A stretch of 64,000 nt of DNA from Octopus vulgaris (lineage: Eukaryota), in NCBI GenBank assembly GCA_951406725.2, contig OX597832.1, positions 41,664,001 through 41,728,000 on the forward strand. The letters are read 5' to 3'. The notes below the pieces were generated by a model. The model did no database searches and had not been told where the DNA came from. It saw nothing but the letters and a program-made list of their open reading frames with translations. The translations under genes were made by a program, and so were the position numbers. This document shows positions 39,042-52,730 of the stretch, in pieces. Positions within the stretch are counted from its first letter, which is position 1. The number at the start of each line of letters is the position of its first letter.

Positions 39042-39846
39042 TAACCCATAAAGTGCTGGGACTTGCACTCGCATAGCACGGACTACTGAGCACATTTTAT
39101 GAAAATGTGATTACCATGCACACATAAAAAACCCCAAAAATAGTTAAAATATCTTCTTAGTATAAAATAGTAGCAAGTTTTACATCATGTGAAAAGTCAT
39201 TAGTTGAACTATTAGTCCTTTTGTATTTTGGAGGGTATATCAGAGTGTTTGAGTGACATTAGATCCGAATAAACGCCCATAAACTGAATGCACCTATCTG
39301 GGCCACGATCGTAACCTGTTGACCTGTGCCTGATGGTCACAATCATGGCTCATTGCACTTTATGCGTTAATATCATTTGGATAATAACCTTATAACATGC
39401 ATGTTAAAGCTCCTCAGCAATCATCGGCTACCATATGCTATCATACAGCAGGAATACTCCTTTTACTGGATATATATGTGGAAACCCTTTAGTGTATACA
39501 GAATTCATACAAAAGGAATTCAAAATATAAGATGTTGCAATGAACAGGCTTTGATCCAAACTACAACAATTGTTTCTATTCATTAGCAACAGCTGTTAAT
39601 TGCTGAGTGTGTTACATATTATACATGTTATTATCTTGTATCTTTTACATGTTTCAGTCATTAAACTACAGTCATGCTGGGGCAACACCTTGAATTTTTA
39701 GTCGAATGAATCGCCACTCCCAACCCCCAGTACTTATTCTGTCAGTCTCTTTTACCAAACCGCTAAGCTACAGGGACATAAACACACCAACATCAGTTGT
39801 TAAGTGGTGATGGGGGACAAACACAGACACATACACACATACATAG

Positions 39847-39952
<106 letters not shown>

Positions 39953-40011
39953 ATATATATCTATGTGTGTGTGTATGTGCATTTTTTTCTCTCCTTGTTT
40001 CTTTTCTGTGT

Positions 40012-40051
40012 ATCTTTCTGTTGAAGAGCGTAGGCTCGAAACGTAAAAGAT
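40012..40051 (+). ncRNA. Hammerhead-like motif with atypical core, in PLE-like fragment ~39980-40148
   Basis: atcttt CTGTTGAA gagc-gtag-gctc GAAA cg TA aaagat; A6 replaced by U. Confidence 0.5.
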
Positions 40052-40146
40052 TTGTTCTATTTCTATTCCTGAGCGCCATACTAATACATTTGTTTGTTTG
40101 TACTCCACCTGCCTTCGTTTTTTGTTTATTTTTGTAAACCTTCCCG

Positions 40147-40468
<322 letters not shown>

Positions 40469-40482
40469 CATATATATATGTG

Positions 40483-40645
<163 letters not shown>

Positions 40646-41122
40646 AGCTTCTTTTCACTTTCTGTCTACCAAATTCACTCGCAAGGCTTTGGCTGGCTCA
40701 AGGCTATAGTAGAAGACACTCACCCAAGATGCTATGTGGTGGGACTGAACCTGGAACCATGTGGCTAGAATGCAAGCTACTTACCGTACAGCCACTCCGG
40801 CACCTATTATATAAATACTATATAAGTTTGATCCAGCAATAGCTGTGTCGTGGCACATCAACAGGTGAGTGGATTTGAGAGCTCTGCTGGATCACCTATA
40901 GTTTCCCATTGTTTTATACCCATATTCTATTTTTAGCATTCTCTCGATAAAGAACAGCACATAGATTCCTATGTCCAACACCTAACCTCTTGCTGGACCA
41001 GGATGTCTGGCATGGAAGGGTTGCATTGTTCCAGGCAAGTTTTCCCAGCCACATGATGACATGTGTAAAATGTTCACCGAAGATAGGCAGGACTTAGAAG
41101 TGATCAAGTATATATAGAAATA

Positions 41123-41554
41123 GGCGAGCTGGCAGTATATATAGAAACAGGTGGCGAGCTGGCAGAAACGTTAGCGCGCCGGGCGAAATGCTTCGCGGTA
41201 TTTCGTCTGTCGTTACGTTCTGAGTTCAAATTCTGCCGAGGTCGACTTTGCCTTTCATCCTTTCGGGGTCGATAAATAAAGTACCAGTTTCGCACTGGGG
41301 TCGATATAATCGACTTAATCCGTTTGTCTGTCCTTGTTTGTCCCCTCTGTGTGTAGCCCCTTGTGGGTAGTAAAGAAACAGGTATTTCGTCTGTCGTTAC
41401 GTTCTTCCACCGAGGTCGACTTTGCCTTTCATCCTTTCGGGGTCGATAAATAAAGTACCAGTTGCATACTAGGATCGATGTAATCGACTAAATCCGTTTG
41501 TCTGTCCTTGTTTGTCCCTTCTATGTTTAGCCCCTTGTGGGTAGTAAAGAAATA
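41123..41554 (+). mobile_element. SINE-B dimer with duplicated 5' junction
   Basis: TSD tatatatagaaatag 41109-41123 / 41555-41569; unit junction aagaaaca|ggtatttc near 41381. Confidence 0.9.
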
Positions 41555-41837
41555 TATATATAGAAATAGAAGAAAATATGTAGTGATGCTGATAATGAAT
41601 ATCAATGAGAGAAACTGTTTCAACAGTGTAGGACATGGTAGCATGGTGTATTGATGTGATGGTATTGGCAAACAGGACAGACAGTCGCAAAATAGCTGAG
41701 AAAGAAAACATGTAGTTTAATTGATATGTCATGTCCCACAAACAGAAACATATCAATCAAAGTGATTGAGAAATTATCTAAATATAAACAGTCAGAGACA
41801 AGAGTAAATTGATAGATAGATAAATAGATAGATAGAT

Positions 41838-41923
<86 letters not shown>

Positions 41924-41957
41924 GAATAAATAGAGAGAGAGATAGAGAAAGAGAGAG

Positions 41958-42041
<84 letters not shown>

Positions 42042-42289
42042 GAATAAACAGATAGATAGATAGATAGATAGATGGATAAATAGAGAGAGAGAGAGAAAGA
42101 GAGATGTGTGTATGTGTGTGTGTGTGTGTGTAATCTTCTAAATATAATTATAAAGGCTATGGGGGCTGACAAAGGAAAAATAATTTCCTGGCAATGTAAA
42201 CATCCAACCACGACACTCCACAACCAGCAAGGCAGCCTCAACATGGTTGGCCAACCTGCTAGACATAACAACCAATGAGTGTGGTCCTT

Positions 42290-42450
42290 TGCTATATAAC
42301 TCCATATCTGTTTTTACTGCTTGGTCCCAAATTTTCCTCTACAGATTTCATCTGTTCTGAGCAAACAACATTTCAATATACAGCTGTACCCCACCCCTCA
42401 CTCCATACACATCATATGCCCAAACCAACAAAGTCTTCTCTCTTGCTTGA
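42290..42450 (-). pseudogene. Degenerate RTE ORF fragment
   Basis: RRIRCIKQERRLCWFGHMMCME*...SCILKCC...ICRG..WDQAVKTDM (RL.WFGH motif). Confidence 0.7.
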
Positions 42451-42678
42451 TACATCTGATTCTTCTTGTCGAGAGGTGTTTCTTCCATCACTGTGAACCC
42501 ACCAGCCCTTTTTTGTTGCTATGTATTTTTCCCTTTTCCTTTTTCTTGTTACTTTTGCTTTCTTCCTTCACCAAATGACATACTTGATTGGTCTCAGGTG
42601 GGGAGGGTTAAGTCTTGAGGGTCATTATCTTTTTGCTTTGTTATTGTTTGGAGGCTTTCAGTTGCTGTTGTCGGTGAT

Positions 42679-43077
42679 GGCGCAGGAGTGGTTGTGTGGT
42701 AAGTAGCTTGTCTACCAACCACATGGTTCCGGGTTCAGTCTCACTGCGTGGCTCCTTGGGCAAGTGTCTCCTACTATAGCCTCGGGCCGACCAAAGCCTT
42801 GCGAGTGGATTTGGTAGACGGAAACTGAAAGAAGCCCGTCGTATATATGTATATATATATATATGCGTGTGTGTGTTTGTGTGTCTGTGTTTGTCCCCCA
42901 GCATTGCTTGACAACCGATGCTGGTGTGTTTATGTCCCCGTCACTTAGCGGTTCGGCAAAAGAGACCGATAGAATAAGTACTGGGCTTACAAAAGAATAA
43001 GTCCCGCGGTCGAGTTGCTCGATTAAAGGCGGTGCTCCAGCATGGCCGCAGTCAAATGACTGAAACAAGTAAAAGAA
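42679..43077 (+). mobile_element. SINE-A, full length, young
   Basis: CpG-rich copy of the family sequence. Confidence 0.92.
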
Positions 43078-43080
43078 TAT

Positions 43081-43206
43081 GTGTTATTAGGGAGAGCTAG
43101 GATACTTAGGAGGGTTCTTGGCATCTAAGGTTACTCGTCGTAGCCCGATGTTAGGATTTTTTCTTTCCCAACAGTCTCGTCTGTTGAGTGTATATGAAAA
43201 TAATAA
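43081..43206 (+). mobile_element. Extreme 3' end of an R4/Dong-type LINE
   Basis: VLLGRARILRRVLGI* (43081-43128), homologous to ALLGTAHILCKILSIR* downstream; short 3'UTR; aataataa tail. Confidence 0.65.
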
Positions 43207-43210
43207 CGAC

Positions 43211-44987
43211 AGGCTAAATAGAACTGGATGCGGATACAACTGTTATGACTAAACAATCAGTCATTTCTTGTGTATGGATGATCTAAAACAGTACGCTACA
43301 AATGATAAACAGCTGGAAACATTACTGCAAACACTACATGGATTTACCAAAGAAATAAACATGAAATTTGGCTTAGAAAAATGTGCCAAAGCAACCTTGA
43401 AAAGAGGAAAACTAGTTAAGAGTAGCAACATCACACTAGATAAAGCAAATGAAATCAGAGAATTAGACCAAAGTCAGACATACAAATACTTAGGAATCAT
43501 TGAACTAGATATGAAACAATACACACAAATGAAAGAGAAGATAAAAAAGGAATACAATAGACGAATTAGATTAATACTGAAAACAGAGCTCAATGTGAAA
43601 AACAAAATAATAGGTACCAACATTCTAGCCGTCCCAGTTATAAGTTACAACTACAATATTCTTAAATGAACTAATCAAAATAGACAGGAAAACAGGAAAA
43701 ATAATGACAAGATTTAGGATACACCACCCAAAATCTTACATAGAAAGACTATATATACAATGTATTGAAAATGGTAGAGGCTTTATACAGCTAGAAAACT
43801 ATTACAAATTAACCACCATAGGACTACAGAAATACTTTCTTCAGAAGCAAGGAAAACAAATACAAATAGTCACGAAACATGAACAAAACAAAAAACTGTT
43901 TTCAGTCTTTAAGGAAGCTGAAGTAAATGCGAAAAAGAAGTCATAGTACCTAACAACTATGAAGTAAAAGAAGAAACAACAAAACCTGTAGAACAACTGA
44001 AACCCAAATTAAAACTGGAACAGCAATGGATCATGATAAAACAATGGCAAAAAAAAGCCCCTTCATGGCAAATATTGGGTTAAGCTAAACAGAAAAGAAA
44101 TAGACAAAGCAAAATCCCAACAATGGCTGCGAAGCTCAGGACTCAAAGCAGAGACTGAAGGATTTTTAATTGCAGTACATGATCAAAGCCTTCCCAACAG
44201 AAATTACCAAAAACATATAATGAAAAGAAACATAACAAGTAACTGCAGAATATGTGGGAATGGAAAGGAAACAATAAATCAATCATATTGTCTCTGGCTG
44301 TCCAGTCCTGGCTAAGCAGGAATATATTCAGACACGACAGAGATGAGACCTATATATATATACTGGAAGCTATGCCAGCACTATGGAATAACAACAGAAA
44401 ACAAAGATGGTATAGGAACATGCCAGAAAAGGTCACAGAAAATGAGAAAGCAACCATACTCTGGGATATGCCAATACGCACAGATAGAGAAATTAAGGCC
44501 TATAGGCCAGATATAGTTGTCAGAGATCACCAAGAAAAAAATGTTTTCTAATTGACGTATCAATATACCAACAGATGACAATGTTTCTCTAAAAGAAACA
44601 GAGAAACTTTCAAAATACAAAGATCTGGTAACAAAGGTAACTTGAATCTGGAGCTTAAAACCAGAAACAATTCCTATCATATTAGGCGTATTAGGTATGA
44701 TGAAAAAAAAACATTCAGACAAATGCATTAGAAAAACACCAGGATTTGCTAGTATATATAACATACAGAAAATAGCACTACTCGGTACCGCACACATCTT
44801 ATGTAAAATACTTTCAATACGCTGAAAACAAGAGAACCACAACAGACCACAGCACATACCCAATGCACACAGAGCTGCGCTCGGCAGTACAGTGAAAGCA
44901 CGTGATAAAAATAAGACTACTGAATGATGATAATAATAATAATAATAATAACAATAATAATAATAATAATGATAATAATAATAATAA

Positions 44988-45018
<31 letters not shown>

Positions 45019-45029
45019 AATAATGATAA
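43211..45029 (+). mobile_element. 5'-truncated R4/Dong-clade non-LTR retrotransposon (RT, CCHC, REL endonuclease), pseudogenised, (TAA)n tail
   Basis: HFLCMDDLKQY, MKFGLEKCA, YKYLGI, ETEGFLIAVHDQSL, CRICG..ETIN.HIVSGCPVLA, ILWDMPI.TDREIKAYRPDIVV, FLIDVSI, EKLSKYKDL; stop at 44825; (AAT)n 44925-45029. Confidence 0.92.
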
Positions 45030-45145
45030 TTTCTTACATAATAAAATGTACAAAATAAATTAAAGATTACCTTTTTGTTATACTTTATAGGCAAAGATAT
45101 TTGGCTCAGAAGTTCGAATAATGAATGACCTCTGTGGGTCTTAAG

Positions 45146-45199
<54 letters not shown>

Positions 45200-46192
45200 T
45201 TTATTTATATATATTTATATATATATAATGTATGTATGTATATATATATTTATATATATATAATGTATGTATGTATATATATATACACACACGTGTATGT
45301 GTGTGTGTATGTATATACTTTTTACTGTCAGCAGGGGGTATATGTAAATCCTGTTGAAAGATATGTACTTGGTCCTTGCTCTTGGTACTAGTGAAGCTGG
45401 TGGTGGTGGTGGTGATGTAGTGGTAGTGATGGTGGTAGTGGTAGTGGTAGTGGTTTTAACAAAGAACTTCAAGAATGATGAATTCCTCCCTGTGTGATGC
45501 AAGAGGAATATCAATATCAACTGAACGCTTACTGCCAAGATTTACCAATTTCTTCAGAATAGACGAAAATGGAAAAAAAAAAACAAAAACAAACCCCTTT
45601 TTTGAACTTTAATATCAAATAATATTACTAATAATCCGGTACTAAATCGTACTAAATCGTACAGCTTGGTTGGCTGGACAGAGGGAAGAGGAGTGGTACT
45701 AATAGCAAAAATAACAATAAAAAAAAAGTTATAAAACAAACTAATGAAATTAAGAGTGACACATAAACAACAACAACAACAATAACATCAACAACAAAAA
45801 ACAGAAGTGCAGTCACATGAAAACAATTAAGAAGGCGGCGGAGGAGAGCGTGACTATGAAGGGGGTGGAGGCGTTAAAGGAGAAGAAAGAGGGAACTACT
45901 GAAGGGAGAGAGAGAGAGAAGAGGAGAAAGAGAAAGAGGAAGAGGAAATTTGGATTGGGTGTTTCCTTGTTGCTTGTATGGTGGTGGTGGTGGTGGTGGT
46001 GATGCCGATACTTTTGGGATGGTGGTTGTGCTGATGAAGATGATGATCATCGTGTTGGTGACCATCATGGTAATGCTGAAGGTGTTGATGGTGGATGGTA
46101 GTGATGATGGTTACGATATTGATGGTGATGGTGATGTTGATGGTGATGCTGATGGTGGTGGTGGTGTTGGTGGTGGTAGTGGTGATGGTGGA

Positions 46193-46525
46193 TGACAGAG
46201 ATGGTGGATGGCAGTGATGGTGATGGTGATGGTATTGATTGTGGTGGTGGTTATGGTGATGGTGGTGGTAATGGTAATTAGGATGGTTGTAGTAAGAATG
46301 GTGATGATGGATGGCAGTGGTGGTATTGAGTTGATGGTGGTGGTGTTGATGGTGATGGTAGTGGTGATGGTGGCTGACAGAGATGGTGGATGATGGTGAT
46401 GGTGATGGTATTGATTGTGGTGGTGGTTATGGTGATAGTGCTGGTAGTGGTAAGAATGGTGATGATGGATGGCAGCGATGGTATTAAATTGACGGTGGTG
46501 GTGATGGTGATGGTAGTGGTGATAG
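46193..46525. repeat. Tandem duplication of a ~180-bp (GGT/GAT)-rich unit
   Basis: tgacagagatggtggatg...gtaagaatggtgatgatggatggcag at ~46193 and ~46375. Confidence 0.8.
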
Positions 46526-47499
46526 AAGTGATGCTGATAACATTTCTATTATTGTTTAGCCCCAGGTCAGCCCTGATTGAGTAAATGCAAACCTATGATC
46601 AATGGCATTCCAGTTGTGGCCATTCTGTCATTTTTCAGGACTCTAGGACTATGTTATCAACCTAACAGTGTGATTTGAGGGAGATTTTGGTTACCATTTC
46701 TAGTAGGTCTAACTATTATATAGATGCTCCCTCATTGGTGTGGTGGTGGTGGTGTTGGAGCTGATGGTAATGATGGTGGTGATGGTGGTGAAGATGATGG
46801 AAGTGATGGGGATGGTATGGTGGTGGTGGTGGTGGTGGTGGTGAGAATAAAAGATGATGATGAAGGTGGTGGGCATGGTGATGGTGGTGATTGTTATTGT
46901 GGTGGTGGTGATGGTAGTGGCTGTAATGGTGTTGGTATTGGTGGTGGTGGTGGTGGTGGTGGTATTGGTGGTGGTGACAGCAATACTTGTAAAAAAAGAG
47001 AAGAGTCAAGGAGAGAGAGAGAGGAAGAGAGAGTGAAAGAGAGGGAGAGGAAGAGAGAGAGAAAGAGTGAGAGAGAATGAGAGAGAGAGAATGAGAGAGA
47101 GAGGGAGAAGTTTTAAGTTTGAGTTCCCAAGTAGGTTGGACAGTGAGTGTAGTGTTACAGTTTATGGAGAGGCACATGACTAGGAGTCAGATTAAATAAG
47201 AACATCGGCTAATTAGAACAAACTTTTTAATTAATGAATTAATAAATAAAAATTTTCAAAACAAAACAACATACCACACACACACAGCTACACACACACA
47301 CACTCACACACACACACATAACCACACACATATATATACACACACACATATACACATGTATATATAAACACACACAAAAGAACACTGACATGTTTACACA
47401 TGCACAGAGATACATTTACACAGTCATATACACACAGACACATGACACACACACACATACATACAGACTGACACACGTGCACACACACACATATATATA

Positions 47500-47594
<95 letters not shown>

Positions 47595-47755
47595 TATATA
47601 TAATATAAAATAAATATAAGAGAGTGGTCACTATATGGCTCACTCTAGCACCAGTTAATCCAAAAGGTTTCAACCACAAAAATACATGTTTCCCATGAAA
47701 GTCAGTACGATTGTTAGCTCACACGGACAGGGCAAATAAAAAATAACAAAATACA

Positions 47756-47847
47756 GATTATTTTGGGACAATTGTTTCGCTATTAATGAATTAAATGTAA
47801 TTTTACTTACAATAAAATCCACTTGTAGCTCTTCAGCCAAAACTATC
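47756..47847 (-). ncRNA. Mirror copy of the hammerhead ribozyme
   Basis: Reverse complement of 48070-48161. Confidence 0.8.
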
Positions 47848-48069
47848 TGGATGAAATCCACTCAATCACACGCCAGATTTTACCATAGCGATAAATACGC
47901 GTGTGGTTCAATTGATTACATCCGACGTTATAATTCAAATGCCCCAACTAACAGCGCGCCAAACTTTCACGGAAAACAAATACAGCATTTAGAAATAAAT
48001 GCAGCATAATTATAACGCGTATTTATCGTTATGGTAAAATCTGGCGTGTGATTGAGTGGATTTCATCCA

Positions 48070-48161
48070 GATAGTTTTGGCTGAAGAGCTACAAGTGGAT
48101 TTTATTGTAAGTAAAATTACATTTAATTCATTAATAGCGAAACAATTGTCCCAAAATAATC
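48070..48161 (+). ncRNA. Type I hammerhead ribozyme, canonical core
   Basis: gatagttttgg CTGAAGA gcta-(43 nt)-tagc GAAA caattg TC ccaaaataatc; GUC site at 48148-48150. Confidence 0.8.
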
Positions 48162-48303
48162 TGTATTTTGTTATTTTTATTTGCCCTGTCCGTGTGAGCT
48201 AACAATCGTACTGACTTTCATGGGAAACATGTATTTTTGTGGTTGAAACCTTTTGGATTAACTGGTGCTAGAGTGAGCCATATAGTGACCACTCTCTTAT
48301 ATT

Positions 48304-48372
<69 letters not shown>

Positions 48373-48489
48373 TATATGTAAAAGTAAAAAAATATACAAA
48401 CTGGGACAAGAACGTGAAACATTTAGAAGATGACACAAAAAACACAGACGGGACATTCGAAGCCTTCAATCATCAGTCAAGAACCGGAA

Positions 48490-48535
<46 letters not shown>

Positions 48536-49016
48536 TACACACACAGCCACATACAGACTGAAACACACATACACAGCTGTACACACACATACTCACACAC
48601 AGCCAATATACACACTGACACACACAAACACACATACAGCCACATACATCCACTGCCACACACACACATATGCTCAACATTGCCGTTAATATGTGAGTGG
48701 GGTCGATAAAGGAAGTGTCAGGCAGTCCAAGAGGATGATGTAATTGAGACGCTATTGTATGAATATGTTTAGTATGTTGAATGTTTTCCTGAGGTATTTT
48801 CCTTTAACTCTGATGGTGACATATTCTTATATATATCCCCTGCTGTGAAAGAATGAACCAAAGGGAAGATCTCTTAAATGGTCGTGCAATTTGCTAGAAA
48901 CTGCAGCAAATTTCACTTCAGCTCACATCCTATCGGCTAAAAAATCCAGTATATTGGAAGTATAGTCTCAGATATCTTCATATTATGGATGATTGATCAA
49001 GCTGGGACAAGATAAA

Positions 49017-49240
49017 CCCTTTCGTTACCAACCTGGCTGAAACTAGCCCTGGCTCTGAGTACAAATGTCTTGGTTTCAAAAGAAGTTCTGAAATTAAAAT
49101 CTCCCACCAAACTTTAGTCACAGTTTATGTTCCTAACACTAGCTGAATGATAACTAAGTTATTTTACTAAATTCTTTATTATTTTTAAAGTAATTGAAAG
49201 AAACACAGAGCATTTCAAAATAAATACAGTAATGAAAGGG
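49017..49240. mobile_element. piggyBac-like MITE, copy 1
   Basis: TIR ccctttcgttac / gtaatgaaaggg; flanks taaa / TTAA. Confidence 0.75.
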
Positions 49241-49271
49241 TTAAAATATATAATAGAGAAACAATTCTTAA

Positions 49272-49484
49272 CCCTTTCATTACCATGAAAAATGCTTTGG
49301 CTCTGAGTACAAATGTCTTGGTTTCAAAAGTTCTGAATTAAAATCTTCCACCAAACCTTAGTCACAATTTATGTTCCTAACACTAGCTGAATGGTAACTA
49401 AGTTATTTTACTAAATTCTTTATTATTTTTAAAGTAATTGAAAGAAACACAGAGCATTTCAAAATAAATACAGTAACGAAAGGG
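49272..49484. mobile_element. piggyBac-like MITE, copy 2
   Basis: TTAA-ccctttcattac ... gtaacgaaaggg-ttag; body nearly identical to copy 1. Confidence 0.75.
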
Positions 49485-50698
49485 TTAGACAACAACATCT
49501 AGTAAAAGACTACAAGAGGCCAGGGAACAGAAGAAAGAAGACATGCACCCAACACCAGAGCTGGAGACATCTCTGAAAGCGGGGGCCCCGCTATGTCAAA
49601 ACGGTAGAGGAGTAGGGGCCGAAACCGGACGTGGTTCCTCCTGATGATGTCTTGAGCTAACTGGATCCTATAAAGGAAACACGGTTGTAATTCCTCCCCC
49701 CTGAGCTAATGAACTAATATGAAATTACAACACATACCCAAACACATGCATGTATAGACACACACACATACACTTGCATACAAACACATAAACTCAGACA
49801 CATAAACATACATACACATGCACACACATTCATACACATTTACACGCACACAAACATTGTTTGTGTTTCTCTTTATGTAAGACATTAAAACACATCCAAG
49901 GGAATACAGTTTACATATCAATATCTCTAAAGCTGAAATGCGAAAAAGCTGTTTGATTTCTTGGTTATTTGTCTCATTTTGGGATGGGACCAGTTTAAGG
50001 GGCGGTAGGTGGGGTCAGATTGGCGCCAAAATTTACACTGGGGGTTAAAATGGGGTGGGCAATGGTGTGAGGAGGGTTGAAAATCGCTCGGGGCTACCGT
50101 TTGGTTTGTCATGGTGAGGAATATGGGAAAAATTGAGTTTTATGGGATAGACAGGTTGCACTGTTTGAATAATGGTGGCTTTTTGTGTTGCTGCAGGGGC
50201 TAGAGGTGGTTATCTTTAATTGTGGGTGTAAAAATTTGGGGCGATTTTGGAAAGGGGGATAAAGAAGAGAGTAATAAAAAGAACTGGGTAAAGACGATGA
50301 ACAAAAGAAGAAAGGGAAAAGGAGACAACATGCACAAAACAACACCGACACCAAAACCTGAGCGAAGCAGGGGTCAAAATAGCCAGTCTGACTATATATT
50401 GCTAGTATCATCATCAATCATCTTCATCATCATTATTATTATTGTTGTTGTTGTTAGTATGCAGGGCTGTCTATCTCCAGAGGCAATGCACCCACACTAT
50501 CGGAGCTTAAGATGGTAGCTGAGAGCAGCACACTTCACCTTTCTTGTAAATAGCAGTTGTGCTTGAAGCTTTTTCTCTTCGCCTGCCAGAAGCCTGAACC
50601 ACACGAAGAACAAAAAGAATGATAGAAGGAAATGATATTCCTCCGATATCATAAACCCTGCCTTCCATTATTAAAAATTAAATACCAGTTAAATACCA

Positions 50699-50869
50699 GG
50701 TGCAGGAGTGGCTGTGTGGTAAGTAGCTTGCTAACCAACCACATGGTTCCGGGTTCAGTCCCACTGCGTGGCACCTTGGGCAAATGTCTTCTGCTACAGC
50801 CCCGGGCCGACCAATGCCTTGTGAGTGGATTTGGTAGACGGAAACTGAAAGAAGCCTGTCGTATATATG

Positions 50870-50927
<58 letters not shown>

Positions 50928-51143
50928 TGTGTTTGTATGTCTGTGTTTGTCCCCCTAGCATTGCTTGACAACCGATGCTGGTGTGTTTACGTCCCCGTAA
51001 CTTAGCGGTTCGGCAAAAGAGACCGATAGAATAAGTACTGGGCTTACAAAGAATAAGTCCCGGGGGCGATTTGCTCGACTAAAGGTGGTGCTCCAGCATG
51101 GCCGCAGTCAAATGACTGAAACAAGTAAAAAGAGAGTAAAGAG
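50699..51143 (+). mobile_element. SINE-A, full length
   Basis: Family sequence. Confidence 0.92.
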
Positions 51144-51145
51144 TT

Positions 51146-51425
51146 ATGCACTGTGGTCGATGTAATCAACTCTCCTTCCCCCAAAATTTCAGGCCTTGTG
51201 CCTACAGTACAAACGATTATTATTATTATTATTATTGTATGAGACAAAATGCTTAGGAGCATTTCTTCTGACTCTTTGTATTCAGAGTTCAAGTTCTTCT
51301 GAGGTTGACTTTGCCTTTCATTCTTTCAAGGCTGATAAAATAACAGCATCTGTCAAGTACAAGGGTCAATACAATTGACTTATCCCCTCCTCTGAGATTG
51401 CTGGCCTTGTACCAAAATTTGAAAC
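51146..51425 (+). mobile_element. Two old SINE-B-related fragments with the alternative tail
   Basis: gaggttgactttgcctttcattcttt...ggccttgt.cc tail; (ATT)n between them. Confidence 0.6.
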
Positions 51426-51467
51426 CATTACTATCATGTTAAAACAGCAAGCTGGCAGAATCATTAG

Positions 51468-51523
<56 letters not shown>

Positions 51524-51617
51524 CGAGACAAAACCACTATTTTGCAAAACAAACAAGGAAAGACTTAATCAATACATAAAAATTTTTAATATAAAGAAAT
51601 AATTATTTATTCCCTAA

Positions 51618-51669
<52 letters not shown>

Positions 51670-51672
51670 ATA

Positions 51673-51953
51673 TCACGTGACCGACCAGACCATCAGATGT
51701 TGTTACACATCGCTGGTCACAATGCCTTTGAATGACGCCACCCTGCTGGCTAAGCGAGCAGGCCAACAGAAGAAAGAGTGGGAGAAAGAGTGGTGAAAGA
51801 GTACAGCAGGGATCACTACCTCCTGCCGGAGCGTCGTGGAGCTTTTAGGTGTTTTCGCTCAATAAACACTCACAACGCCCGATCTGGGAATCAAAACCGC
51901 AATCCTACGACCGCGAGTCCGCTGCCCTAACCACTGGGCCATTGCGCCTCCAC
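51673..51953 (-). mobile_element. SINE-D': shares the tRNA head of SINE-D, different 3' half
   Basis: gtggaggcgcaatggcccagtggttagggcagcggactcgcggtcg...gtgtttattgagcgaaaacacctaaaagctccacg. Confidence 0.85.
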
Positions 51954-52581
51954 ATTATTTTATATATATATATATATATATATACATACATACATAAAGA
52001 CAGACGAAATACCGCTAAGCATTTCACCCAGCAAAATTCTTTAATATGTTACGAAATAAATGGATAGAGAATATAAAAAAATGCTTTTTACATTTTGAAA
52101 TGGCTTGTGATGCCTCTTTCACAATGTAACAGTTTTGATATCAAAACATGGTCTCAATGTACAACTCAGAGAATATCAGTAAAACCAATCTTGAAGTCAG
52201 TGATTCATCCTTTGCCATATGTCACATGAGCCTACCCTCTCTAAAAGTACATGTCAACCATGAACACTTTCTTTTTTTGTCAATGTTTATAGGCCAAGAG
52301 GTCACCAATACATGTTCTCCCTGCCCTCTTTTTCCTTTCCTCTCTCATTTTCATAGTAGATGCTCCAGATGGGCAGAGCCAATTGTTGGGGGAAGTGTTT
52401 ACAAGAGCATGTAATCTGTTATTTTGATGTTGCTGATGCTATTGTTGCTATCAATGTTATTATTGATGCTACTGTTGATGTTGAACTGTTGTTGTTCAAC
52501 TTCATTTGCTCCCTCTGATCAAGCAGGCCAATGATCAAAGGACTTCCAACCACGACCATTCCATCTTTTTACATATCCAAG

Positions 52582-52730
52582 ACAGTCATGGGCAAAATGG
52601 TGCCTGCATTACTTTCTAAATGGGACACCTATAGGGAAATTACATTGAATTTTTGGTGGGTGTCATAACCCACCTGATGATGAGCCATGACCCATACAGC
52701 CTGCTTCTTGAAAAAGGTTGCCCATGCCAG
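52582..52730. mobile_element. Possible hAT-like MITE nested in a family F repeat
   Basis: cagtcatgggcaa ... ttgcccatgccag imperfect TIRs. Confidence 0.45.

Larger units (their letters stand above)
47604..48312. mobile_element. Young Penelope-like fold-back: ~299-bp near-perfect inverted arms in (TA)n
   Basis: Arms 47604-47902 / 48015-48312 (one substitution and one 1-nt indel seen); 112-bp spacer. Confidence 0.8.

Noticed and set aside
39340-39375. cattgcac, miR-92-like seed
   Set aside because: The rest does not match the mature miRNA and no precursor hairpin is evident.
45476-45524. Box C (ATGATGA) and box D (CTGA) snoRNA
   Set aside because: Only ~50 nt apart and no terminal stem.
48440-48490. 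Minus-strand CTGATGA in a (TA)n-embedded fragment
   Set aside because: No GAAA, stem II or NUH arrangement could be built; possibly a PLE remnant only.
49570-49690. Hammerhead-like words (ggcccc/ggggcc-GAAA-ccgg; CTGATGA...GAAA)
   Set aside because: Core spacing is wrong and stems I/II cannot be closed consistently.
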